A stretch of DNA of 63,113 bases, filler included, from Stramenopiles sp. TOSAG23-3 (taxonomy: Eukaryota), in assembly GCA_900128585.1 (NCBI GenBank). It is 5 parts of 5 records of this genome, joined end to end, with 100 filler letters (N's around TTAATTAATTAA, not from the genome) between each part and the next. Parts side by side here need not be neighbours in the genome. Positions count along the whole stretch, not along the records: positions 30,693 to 45,889 come from LT642531.1; 4 more parts are not named here. One strand, given 5' to 3'. The notes beneath the pieces are model-generated. The model saw nothing but the letters and a program-made list of their open reading frames with translations, was not told the DNA's origin and ran no database searches. Both the position numbers and the translations under genes were made by a program. The stretch's first letter is position 1, and the number at the start of each line of letters is the position of its first letter. Shown here piece by piece: positions 31,840 to 41,392 of this stretch.

Positions 31840-34800
31840 TCAGACTTGGGTGGCTTCTGATGCAATATTGCGCGCCGCAACTGCGTATTTAGGCATTTGT
31901 ATACTTCCAAACTCATTTTTAACATTTTTCCGCCATTTAATTTCTTCCGGGTCCAAACGCACCCATTTTGTTGGCGAGCGCGGGTATTTCTCTCTATCAT
32001 ACGCAATTTTGACTTGTTTGCCCGTGCAGTGTTTTCCGACAATGGTTGCGTTGCGCCACTGATACAGCTTTCTGTAATGCTCATGATCCGTAAATTTATG
32101 TCGCACCGAAACTCGCATTCCTATTTTCGCTTTTGTGGGAGATTCCCCAGACTCTTCCCACTCGACTTCGACGACCTTTTCTGTTTTTTCGAAACAACAT
32201 ATATACAATGCACGCGCCGTCTCTTTTATGTGCGCACTCAAGGCAATGCCCACCCCTACCAAAGATCCGAGAATGTACCACTTCGACAGTTTCAATCGAA
32301 GTCCGTGCCAAGCCCTACCGAGCCAGCGCCCGGTATCATGACAGCATGTGCGGCACGATAATGGGTGTTCTTTAGTCTCAATTTCAACGTTGCCTACCGA
32401 CAAATCTAAATGAACTTTGCACACATGTTCTATTATCTTATTGTTTTCTGCAAAGCGAATAGATCCATAAAGGCGTTTCAGCGCGCCTGTACTGTATGCA
32501 TCAACGCTGAAATTAAGCACGTGGTGCATCGCGGGAAAGCCAAGGCTTTGTTGGATGGATACGATACTGCTGTTGTAGACTTTCCCGCACGGGATATCTA
32601 AGATTTTCCCAACTACGTGGGCGGCGGGAGATATGCACGACACACGCACATCCATTGATGCACCGTCCCCGGTTCGAAACGATCGATGCAGCGTGTGTGT
32701 CTTGTTATCCGACAGTGCACGCAAGAGATCGTACTTCCCGTTTGTCGGCAATGGTAAGGCTGCTATGTTTTTCCGGCTCTCATAACAGTTTCGCAGTCCA
32801 TCTCCCGCTTGACTGAGGGAAAACCGAAACGAAGGGGAATTTTCTACACGACCACAATTAGGTTGAACACACCCGGCCGACCCAACAAACGATACATAGA
32901 CATATGCATTTTCGACATCATATATAGAAGAAAACCTGAACGTGGGCAAGAGATCACACCTGTTTGTCGAGACCCACGTAGGTCGCCGTGCAAAATGACG
33001 AGCATTCAAGATGCAGACGTCCGCACGCTTATAGAGTACCCGTTTGCCTTTCCAAAGTATATCTGTCCGCTTCGTATTGAGTGGTAACCATATTGCAATG
33101 CGCACAATTTGTTCTTGGCGAAACCTTAAGCGTTTCTGCACGATTTTCAAAATGTCGATTTGGACTGGGTTTGAATCCGTGGCTACCCCAAGTTCCGAGT
33201 AAGGGTGGCATGGTCGGTTCCAAGGCGCCAAAGGAGGAGCGCTAGGTAACGGGTGAGCGGAAGAACGCAGCCCATTTAAATTTATCTTTCCCAGCATTGT
33301 TCTCCTTTGCTTGCAACAATAGAACATAGTACGCCAGTTTCCGCCCGAACCGGGGGGTCGAACGTGAGACCCATGTTTTAACGCCCGCATAAGGTGGTAA
33401 AGCCAGTGCAAAACTATGATGCATAAAATTCCACCAGCAGCAATTCCCGCAGAAAGAGGGTGTTCGGCGGTTTTCCAACAACTGTCTGGCGGTACGAACG
33501 GAGGTTGCGGTGGAACAATCTCCGGGAGGCCTTGGCAGCGAACGACCAACGTGTCGATTGCCATGTCCGAGGTCGATCCGTGAATAATTCCCGTAATTCT
33601 CAGTTGCGTAGGCAACGGGGTTTTGTTTTTCAATAGCCTCAAAGAAGTTCTGTTCCACTCAAATCCTTTGTTTCCATGACTTTCAAAAATGCGAACCCAT
33701 GATTCTCCACCAAACCCATTCGTGGCGTTGCATGATATATTTCGTTGATCAACTAGCATACTCCCCATTCCTGTAACGGGGTTGCTCCCACCACGCATGT
33801 GAAACGATAAATCAAAATAGCAAGTGTCATCTTGGGCTGACGAAAGGGTGAACCATGGCGAGTAGACATATGCTTTGTCTCCCCAATTTAAGAAATATAG
33901 GTCTGATTTGATGTACAAGTATTTTACGCTTTCGATCAAACCCAATCCATAGTCCGCGAAAAGCGGACCCGTTCCCCGAGTTTCGGTTTCACCTTCATTT
34001 ATCGTCCAATTAGTTGCCCCGCCGTAGCTTTGCCATCTGCACATCGAATTTCCCTCAAAATCACAATTTACAGAGCTCAGAGGCGTCAATGATGTGTTTA
34101 CGTCACATGGTGAAGGCCGGCGGAGCAGATGCCTCCGCCGTCGAGAGCCGGTGGGCGATGCCATATCATCAGTTTCAATAGTTGTAACGTTCGCGGTTGT
34201 GTTTTGATATGCGGAATGTGAACGTATCTCGTTTGTACTACGGTGTTGGACAAATTCGTAAGATACAACGGCGACAGTGCAAAGCATTAAATATGCCACA
34301 AATCGCATTGTGACCCATAATCGTCGCCGTTGAACACAACAACATACATTTAAATCTTTGCACACGACAAAACACAAATGGAGCAGGAGGATGGCTAAAT
34401 TGATTCTTGTCGCGTGGCCAGGACTCGAAATGCCCAGTCCGACAGAAGAGATGCACAGCGCGTACCGTAATAAGAACTCCGAACTGTGACTCATTAAACT
34501 AAAATGGGACATTTCGGATTCATACATGGCCCTCCGAGAACCCAATTGACCTTTATTCCGCGCGATGGATATGCGGTTGTAAACGAATTCGTGAAGACGA
34601 AGGACAAAAAACCATAATGGTATTATAGTAGCCGCTGCGATGAATACTAGTGAAAGCACAAGTCGACTCAATACAGCCACCGTTGTATGCAGCGGTGCCC
34701 CACATGTGATCGTTAAACCCATCCAAAAATTGCAGCTATTGCAGCGCATGGATGTCTCAAGAGTTACCATAATCGGGACAAGGAACAAGTCGCAGAGGAG

Positions 34801-37524
34801 CAAAGTGTTCGAAAGCTGCTTTGTGTCATGGACGTCCTCCAGTATTGTATCTGTAGCTTGCTCTTTTTCGCTTGCTTTTTCAATTCCATAGCACATTTTA
34901 CCACTCCAGTGCTCCAATATTCGCAGCAATTTTAAATGCAGCCTATCGCGTTCTTGTTGGTATTTGATGACGGTGTTCGCTAAGTCCCGTCGCCACTGCG
35001 ATTGCTTCCGCAATCGACGCATAGTTGCTTTGTCGTGCATCTGATGCAGGCGCTTTTCAACTTTGATTCGCATGTTTAGATTGTGCAACGCTCTTTGTGC
35101 ATACGCTCTTAGAATGAACCCTGCAGTCGAAAGCCACTCGGGATGCTTGTCGTACAGCACTTTTTCCACGACTCGAACTAGTTGGAACAATAGCACAGCC
35201 GCAAGTACAATGGCAGCCCATAACTTTGCACCAGCGTAGGTAACCGTGCCAAGGTCCACAAAGAAGAAACATGAGCTGAGGAGTGACGGCACTGCAAACC
35301 CAGAGGAATAGTTTGGAAGAAGTGGCATTATCAGCAGCCCCACACATTGCCAATATATATGAACATGAAACACGGCGGTGTGCCACTTCGTTGCCGAGCT
35401 ATCTCCGGCACCATCGCAGCTGTACAACGTGCTGTTTCCATGTTGAAGCACTGGTATAGTATCATTTGGGGATGGAATGGAATCGCTGTTTTTCGTTGCG
35501 TAGTCCACAAAATATGCCAAAACGACGTTGTCACACGCCGCCGCTCCGTCCGACCCGTCAACAATTCTTTTTGCCGCAGGTTTCTGTGCGCCTACAGTAT
35601 CAAAAAATCTAGACAAGACTTCCATATCAACTTCACCACGGGTGCTTACCAAGTGCAGTCTGAATTGTTCCCTTAACGCCGAGAACTCTCCTGCAAACCA
35701 TTTCATTGCCGTCACAGAAACGCATTGGGCAACACAACTTTTTGATAAATCCCCTAAGGCGGCGGTAAAATCGGGACAGAATATAGTCTGCATCATTTCT
35801 TCTATGCGTTTGTTCTTGGCGTTCAGAATTGCCTCCACGAGAGAGTTAATGCACTCTTCGAATTCATCATTTTCTTCCCTTGCAGCCATGCTATGTTTGG
35901 CGGCAAGACGCAGGCGGGTAACGTATTTTGACACCGTGGTAATCGCTACATTCGGCAATTCTTGTTGAAACAGGGCGCGCATTTCGCCAAACAGTGTCTT
36001 TGGGATATTCAACAATGGGCACAGTTCCTCCCATAGTACTAGGTCCGACATATGTTTTACCACAGCAGGTTTGTCAAGCAGCACATGTACCTTCTTTGGC
36101 CGTTTATAAATTGTTGGCGGGTCCAAGTCTGTCCTTCCTCTAACGTATTTATTGGCATGGGACCAGCCCACAGCTACGTAAGCCAGCCTTGTCAACAAAT
36201 TGGTTGTATACTCTAAGATAGTATTTTCAATGTTTTTGTTTTGGATAGCATTTACCTGGGTAACAAAAAATGCCTTTGAAATCAGGTCAACGTGTCGTTT
36301 AAGACGAAACGGGTTGTTCAAGTTGTCACCTTTTTTATGAATTCCCAACCGCCATATCTCCAGGTGGTTTTCCAGCATTGACTCGGGTTCATGTAATGCT
36401 TTTACTCTTCCAAAGTACCCTCTTTGGAGGCAATGTATTCGACGAACCAACCGGTTCAGAGCCGCGTGAAACGACAAACGAAACGTTTCTAGTGCCACCG
36501 AGTCGCACTTTATGCCGTCTTTTGATTTCAGAAAAATGTATAGGAAGCGTTTCATATCGTTTCTGGGTTTGAATGGGGCAAAATCAGACGAAACAAATTT
36601 CATCCCGATTGAATCTCTGCCTTCGTAGTAAAATACTTCTTTCCACACCAAACAGTACAGTTCAACCCGATTTGGAAAAAGTTTTACGACCAGGAAATCA
36701 GGTATTGGAATCACGGGGGCGGAAAGAGTAACATCTATCGCATTTGCAACATACGCCATTCCGCGAAGCGTGCAGTAGGACGCCACCAGAGTAAACGTAT
36801 GGAAAATGTACCATTTCATTGAGGCCGCTCCCAGTCGAGATCCTATCCCAGTACTAAAGGCAAATAGGAAGCTGAGCAGCCCCATGTACATGTGAAGTTT
36901 TGTATCCGTAAAAATGTACTCTGTGTTTCCCACTATTAAATCTCGGCAAATTTTAGCCCTGCCCCTCCTTCCTCTCGGCCAATGTTGAATGTTTGGTAGT
37001 GGCAAAAGCCCCCACAGACCGTGCGTTGGCAAGCATGAAATGCGATTCAACCCGCCCACCGGCACCGTGAAAAAGTACTGCCCCATATTTTGGGCGCACC
37101 ATTGACGAACCATTGTTTTTGTGAACCAAATGGATTTTGACTTCGTATTGTCCACAAGGTTCTCTTCGAAACCCAGCGCAATCGTCGCTGGGTCGTACGC
37201 CGGGAGTTTCGACACAATATAAGCAAAGTTAATTCTATTTTCTTTTTCTGTATCTATGTACGCCTTCGGGGCCCAAGCAAACAGTGATTTGACTGTATTT
37301 TCTACCCGCCGTGAATAAACCTCTTCTCTGACTAATTGGTTGCTTTCCTCCGTCCGATGACCGTGCTTCCCTGTTTCAGGATCTGATTCCATCATTATTT
37401 GCCCCATAAGCGTTTCTTCTTGCTTAGAAGCCATAGTATCCACGTCGACGTGCGTTTCCGATGTCGCACATTCATTCAGAACCTTTTCCATTAGTGCTTC
37501 ATCGCTTTCCTCTACACCAGACAT
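31840..37524 (-). CDS. About 1890-aa multi-pass membrane protein with a MAM domain and a C-terminal Tudor/Agenet-like motif
   Basis: MAM: CDFEGNSMCRW...GTGP...FHMRG...MGSM...GNKGFEW...DMAIDTLVV. Many TM segments. C-terminal IGMRVSV...WRNATIV...VKIAYD. Confidence 0.8.
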   Translation of the reverse strand: MSGVEESDEALMEKVLNECATSETHVDVDTMASKQEETLMGQIMMESDPETGKHGHRTEESNQLVREEVYSRRVENTVKSLFAWAPKAYIDTEKENRINFAYIVSKLPAYDPATIALGFEENLVDNTKSKSIWFTKTMVRQWCAQNMGQYFFTVPVGGLNRISCLPTHGLWGLLPLPNIQHWPRGRRGRAKICRDLIVGNTEYIFTDTKLHMYMGLLSFLFAFSTGIGSRLGAASMKWYIFHTFTLVASYCTLRGMAYVANAIDVTLSAPVIPIPDFLVVKLFPNRVELYCLVWKEVFYYEGRDSIGMKFVSSDFAPFKPRNDMKRFLYIFLKSKDGIKCDSVALETFRLSFHAALNRLVRRIHCLQRGYFGRVKALHEPESMLENHLEIWRLGIHKKGDNLNNPFRLKRHVDLISKAFFVTQVNAIQNKNIENTILEYTTNLLTRLAYVAVGWSHANKYVRGRTDLDPPTIYKRPKKVHVLLDKPAVVKHMSDLVLWEELCPLLNIPKTLFGEMRALFQQELPNVAITTVSKYVTRLRLAAKHSMAAREENDEFEECINSLVEAILNAKNKRIEEMMQTIFCPDFTAALGDLSKSCVAQCVSVTAMKWFAGEFSALREQFRLHLVSTRGEVDMEVLSRFFDTVGAQKPAAKRIVDGSDGAAACDNVVLAYFVDYATKNSDSIPSPNDTIPVLQHGNSTLYSCDGAGDSSATKWHTAVFHVHIYWQCVGLLIMPLLPNYSSGFAVPSLLSSCFFFVDLGTVTYAGAKLWAAIVLAAVLLFQLVRVVEKVLYDKHPEWLSTAGFILRAYAQRALHNLNMRIKVEKRLHQMHDKATMRRLRKQSQWRRDLANTVIKYQQERDRLHLKLLRILEHWSGKMCYGIEKASEKEQATDTILEDVHDTKQLSNTLLLCDLFLVPIMVTLETSMRCNSCNFWMGLTITCGAPLHTTVAVLSRLVLSLVFIAAATIIPLWFFVLRLHEFVYNRISIARNKGQLGSRRAMYESEMSHFSLMSHSSEFLLRYALCISSVGLGISSPGHATRINLAILLLHLCFVVCKDLNVCCCVQRRRLWVTMRFVAYLMLCTVAVVSYEFVQHRSTNEIRSHSAYQNTTANVTTIETDDMASPTGSRRRRHLLRRPSPCDVNTSLTPLSSVNCDFEGNSMCRWQSYGGATNWTINEGETETRGTGPLFADYGLGLIESVKYLYIKSDLYFLNWGDKAYVYSPWFTLSSAQDDTCYFDLSFHMRGGSNPVTGMGSMLVDQRNISCNATNGFGGESWVRIFESHGNKGFEWNRTSLRLLKNKTPLPTQLRITGIIHGSTSDMAIDTLVVRCQGLPEIVPPQPPFVPPDSCWKTAEHPLSAGIAAGGILCIIVLHWLYHLMRALKHGSHVRPPGSGGNWRTMFYCCKQRRTMLGKINLNGLRSSAHPLPSAPPLAPWNRPCHPYSELGVATDSNPVQIDILKIVQKRLRFRQEQIVRIAIWLPLNTKRTDILWKGKRVLYKRADVCILNARHFARRPTWVSTNRCDLLPTFRFSSIYDVENAYVYVSFVGSAGCVQPNCGRVENSPSFRFSLSQAGDGLRNCYESRKNIAALPLPTNGKYDLLRALSDNKTHTLHRSFRTGDGASMDVRVSCISPAAHVVGKILDIPCGKVYNSSIVSIQQSLGFPAMHHVLNFSVDAYSTGALKRLYGSIRFAENNKIIEHVCKVHLDLSVGNVEIETKEHPLSCRTCCHDTGRWLGRAWHGLRLKLSKWYILGSLVGVGIALSAHIKETARALYICCFEKTEKVVEVEWEESGESPTKAKIGMRVSVRHKFTDHEHYRKLYQWRNATIVGKHCTGKQVKIAYDREKYPRSPTKWVRLDPEEIKWRKNVKNEFGSIQMPKYAVAARNIASEATQV

Positions 37525-38145
37525 TTCCAATCCTTTCTCTATAATTCCAATACGCCTCTTGACTCTTCACCAGCACCTGCTGCTGAACTTGCAAGCAAAT
37601 TCTCCAACAACAAAAAACCAATCAAATTCTTCGAGAACGCAATGTTTTATTTCAGCGCTTATAATTAATGCAATCGATCGATCGATCGAGGGCGGGATGC
37701 CATTGTTCGTAATCTATGACATGGTATAATATATAATGCATTCGCGCATATCTCTTGTATTCGTTGTGAGTGGGGGGGTGATGGGTTTTTCTTTTTTTTT
37801 TTGTGTTGGTTGCCGTTATTTATTTCACTACTTAATATAAGTACATTATACTCGTATATTCCGAATTTTATATAGGAGAGAGGATTAAAATGTTGTGGGA
37901 GCTGAAATCCCGTTGGGGAGATTCGAGAAGCGGAAGTCGTCAGTCGATCAGTCGTCATAGATCTATAGATATCTTGAAGGAGGAATCCGGAATAAAAAGA
38001 AGTCTTCTTGAAGTACTTCATCTTTAGAGAAAAAGAGGAAGTACTGGACGATAGCAGCGACAACGAAAAGAAGAATGGAAGAATAAAGTATACGGAGGTC
38101 GAGTTTTATATCGACGACAGCAGGGACACAACATACGAATCGGAG

Positions 38146-38256
38146 GTCGTGCTTCACGACTGACGATGAGGTAAGAGGTGCCACTGGGTGTGGGTGTCAT
38201 CGCGCCTCTCTGTACAGCCACACGGAGGTTTCGTACGTATACGAGACCGACGTCAG
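38146..38256 (+). ncRNA. Candidate structured RNA / multi-stem element, family unrecognised
   Basis: Stems: CTGACG/CGTCAG closing; AGAGGTGC/GCGCCTCT; CTGT/ACGG; GGTTTCGTA/TACGAGACC; 5' hairpin GTCGTG/CACGAC. G-U pairs favour the + strand. Confidence 0.3.
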
Positions 38257-38413
38257 AAACGAAAGAGAAGTTTTAAAGAGGAGTCAAGAGTAACGCGTAG
38301 ATTATAGTTATTTTCTAGTTTGCATTGTTTTAGTATAGAGTACGAGTTTACATATCATCTCACAAAAAAAAGAACACACGACAAACACACTATATACACT
38401 AATATACTTCCCC

Positions 38414-40396
38414 TCAATTTTCCAAAGCACTTAAACAAAAACAAAACTTGGGAAGTAGTTTATCATCTTTGACACATTTACTGTGGGGACCGTACCTGTC
38501 GTTGCGCATAATATCAGCTAGTTCTATGATATTTGGCGCCTGCACTACAACGGTCCATGACGCGCTACTTAGCCGTTTGTCCTTTCGCTTACCATGGGTA
38601 CTAGAAGCCTTTATAGTCAGCTTTGCAATGTACGGCGACCCGTGGCTATATCGTGGCAATTTGAAGACTACCACTCTCGCGACATTCAAATTTAGATTTT
38701 TAATGCAAGAAAACCCTTTCGCGACCGCACTCCTGCGAGAATCGATGTACTTATCGAACATTTTTGCTAACTTTTGGGTGGCACGGGCTGCGAGCGCCGT
38801 GCGGTGGGGCACGCCGAACTCATTTTTTATAATCTGCAACGTCTGCCCCGGGTTGTAATGACCGACCATGCCGCGAGTGCAGAACGTGAAAGGCACAGAG
38901 TGCTCCCGGCAGTCATCATAATCTTTGTACGATGCATCGAACATAGAAAAGGGTGTCCCTTCCGTGAACGAATTTGTAATGACCTTTCTTTCCCGGTTCG
39001 TGAGTTTCAGGCCGGGGGCCCGCCGTTGCTGGTCTGCATCGCTGATCATTTCCCGTTTCATCTTTCTAGCATTGTCCGCGTCGAATTCAGTGCCTCCACA
39101 ATGCCAATCAAACGATTTAAAGGTAGATTTGTGCACATAATAGCTGCATGAGTGAACGAGTAAATTCATAACTTTGTGCAGGTCCTTGTGGGACGTTAAA
39201 TACTGGTTTGCATTTTCCATAAACTTGGTAGTTGCCAAAGGGTACGTTTCTTGAAAGCCTTTTGGAAGACGCAAGAACGCGAACGGCTGAGAGCTTGGGC
39301 GATGCTTCCACCCGTGGTCAGACATCACCGCAACAAAATAGTTATCCAACGCCCCTGTCGCGTCCAAGAACTCGAGGGTATACATAGTTTCATCCATGAA
39401 AACCTGAAATGGTTTGTTTTCGTCGTGGGTGACACAAGACTTGAAATACAGAAACATATTCCCACCGCGATGATTCTGAACAAGTTCCCGGGCCCAAAAA
39501 AAAACATGGTTAGGGCTGGAGCCGTTGAACCGTTTGTTGCAGTATTTCCCCTTAACTTTGTACCCGATGCCATCCCTTTCCAGGATAGGGCTGAGGTGAT
39601 AATCAACAATTTGTTTCTTTCTGAAGTAGTATCCTCCGTATACAAACGTGTTGGCCCAGCTTCCGTCTTCGGCAAATGCCGTCACGAATGGCGCAAACCG
39701 AACTGCACAGCGCTGTTTGCCCATGCACGCACTTCGCCCTTGCTCGACAAACTTCTTTGATATGGTCTCGTCCTTGAAATGATCAAACACCCACGAAAGG
39801 CCTGCAATGTCGTCCCAAGATTTTCTCATCTCGGGCGAATATGTTTTCCCAGTCAGTAACGGAAGCATATTGTAGACGCTGTTCTCCCCCATGCGGTTAA
39901 AAACTTTGGCGCTTGTAAACCCCTTCGACGCCATCCATTTGGCTACGGGCACACCCTGGACAGCACTCTGCCTTAGCATGTAGTCTTCCGCGACGTTGTC
40001 AGGAAGGAGCAACACCACCCCTGGCCTGTGCAAGGTGCCCGTTTGCACGCGCTGCGTTCTATTTCTAAACTGACGATAGGGCATCGATCTTCCAAATGGG
40101 GAACTTCTCGAATGCCCCCAGGAAGCCTTCACATAGTTGATCGTCAGGTTTTCTTTCACTATTCCACAACGCCCGGGCGAGCTCCGTACAAAGTTTGGAG
40201 TGTTGTTACTGGGCGGCAGGAAAAAATCTTGCTGATACAGCAACACCGGTGCCGTCCACCAGCGTTGGATACTGGCGATTGGGTGACGAATCCAACGTTT
40301 CTCTATTTTGCCGTTACTGATGAACAGCGAGAGGAGTAAAAAGACTCCGAACGCTCCCATCATGTATGCAAAGGCAGCACGTTTCAAACTGCCCAT
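38414..40396 (-). CDS. DUF229-family protein (alkaline phosphatase/sulfatase superfamily), type II membrane anchor
   Basis: N-terminal TM. Motifs GENSVYNMLPLLTG, TAFAED, MSDHG, PFAFLRLP, LTSHKDLH, RNDRYG...FCFC. Confidence 0.8.
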   Translation of the reverse strand: MGSLKRAAFAYMMGAFGVFLLLSLFISNGKIEKRWIRHPIASIQRWWTAPVLLYQQDFFLPPSNNTPNFVRSSPGRCGIVKENLTINYVKASWGHSRSSPFGRSMPYRQFRNRTQRVQTGTLHRPGVVLLLPDNVAEDYMLRQSAVQGVPVAKWMASKGFTSAKVFNRMGENSVYNMLPLLTGKTYSPEMRKSWDDIAGLSWVFDHFKDETISKKFVEQGRSACMGKQRCAVRFAPFVTAFAEDGSWANTFVYGGYYFRKKQIVDYHLSPILERDGIGYKVKGKYCNKRFNGSSPNHVFFWARELVQNHRGGNMFLYFKSCVTHDENKPFQVFMDETMYTLEFLDATGALDNYFVAVMSDHGWKHRPSSQPFAFLRLPKGFQETYPLATTKFMENANQYLTSHKDLHKVMNLLVHSCSYYVHKSTFKSFDWHCGGTEFDADNARKMKREMISDADQQRRAPGLKLTNRERKVITNSFTEGTPFSMFDASYKDYDDCREHSVPFTFCTRGMVGHYNPGQTLQIIKNEFGVPHRTALAARATQKLAKMFDKYIDSRRSAVAKGFSCIKNLNLNVARVVVFKLPRYSHGSPYIAKLTIKASSTHGKRKDKRLSSASWTVVVQAPNIIELADIMRNDRYGPHSKCVKDDKLLPKFCFCLSALEN

Positions 40397-40904
40397 TTCT
40401 AAAATACCCACCGGCAGAAGAGTACTATATGGAACTCAACACAGGCGTCGGTTTTCTAATAGGCATGGACGACAAACTATATAAATTGGTAGTGGATATT
40501 CTATCTTGCCCACTTAAAATCCTTGCTCCGTTTCAACCTTCTTTGGCAGTTGTGGCATTCAATTAAACGTTAAACAATAAAAAAAACTAATAAATAAGAC
40601 AACGTCAAGTTTCTTTTCAACAATCAACACATACAATATCGATCGATCTGAGACATGAGATCGTTTCAAAAATTAGAACAGGATTCCTGGATGAGGAACC
40701 CCCTGCCCCTGGTTGTGTAAAGATCTCTTCCTTCTGAGATCTGAGATCTGATTTCTTTGTTTCTTTGTAGTATGTTGTTGTTGTTGTTTCTTTGTTTTTT
40801 TGTTCCCACTCTTTTTTTTCCAGCTATCTATTTCACTGTAGCGTCACTATAGGGAGATAGGCAGGAAGGAATAATGTAAAGTAATAAAATTGATTTTTTG
40901 AAAT

Positions 40905-40981
<77 letters not shown>

Positions 40982-41066
40982 TTTCTTTCTTTCTTATATT
41001 CTTTCTGTCTTATATTCTTTCTTTCTTATATTCTTTCTTATATTCTTTCTTATATTCTTTCTTATA
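40905..41066. repeat. (TTTC)n microsatellite grading into (TATATTCTTTCT)n
   Basis: Direct inspection. Confidence 0.92.
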
Positions 41067-41392
41067 TTTATTTTATTATATTAATGCTATTTTAACGGTA
41101 TTCACTCACTCTTCAATCATTTGTTTTCAAACCGATGTTGTGTGTTGTGTGTTAAAAGTTTTTGTTATAATAATAATGTAGTGGTGTACTATATATTATT
41201 ATTATAATATACTACAACAGCAAAAAATAAAAAGAAGAAAGAAAAATGTAAATGTGCGGAAGAAAGGTAATTCATGATAAATTAAGAAAAGAGATTTAAT
41301 AAGGGATATAAATGAATAGGACGAGAAATAGAGAGAGAGAAAGAGAGAGGAAGAGAGGGAATTGGAAGGTATTATTTTATATAGAAGGTCTA

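Noticed and set aside
38185-38210. U4-like GAGGCGCGAT (minus strand), TG1-3-like tract, and riboswitch-like AGAGGTGC / GCCACTG words
   Set aside because: Only short word matches; the required flanking motifs of each family are absent.
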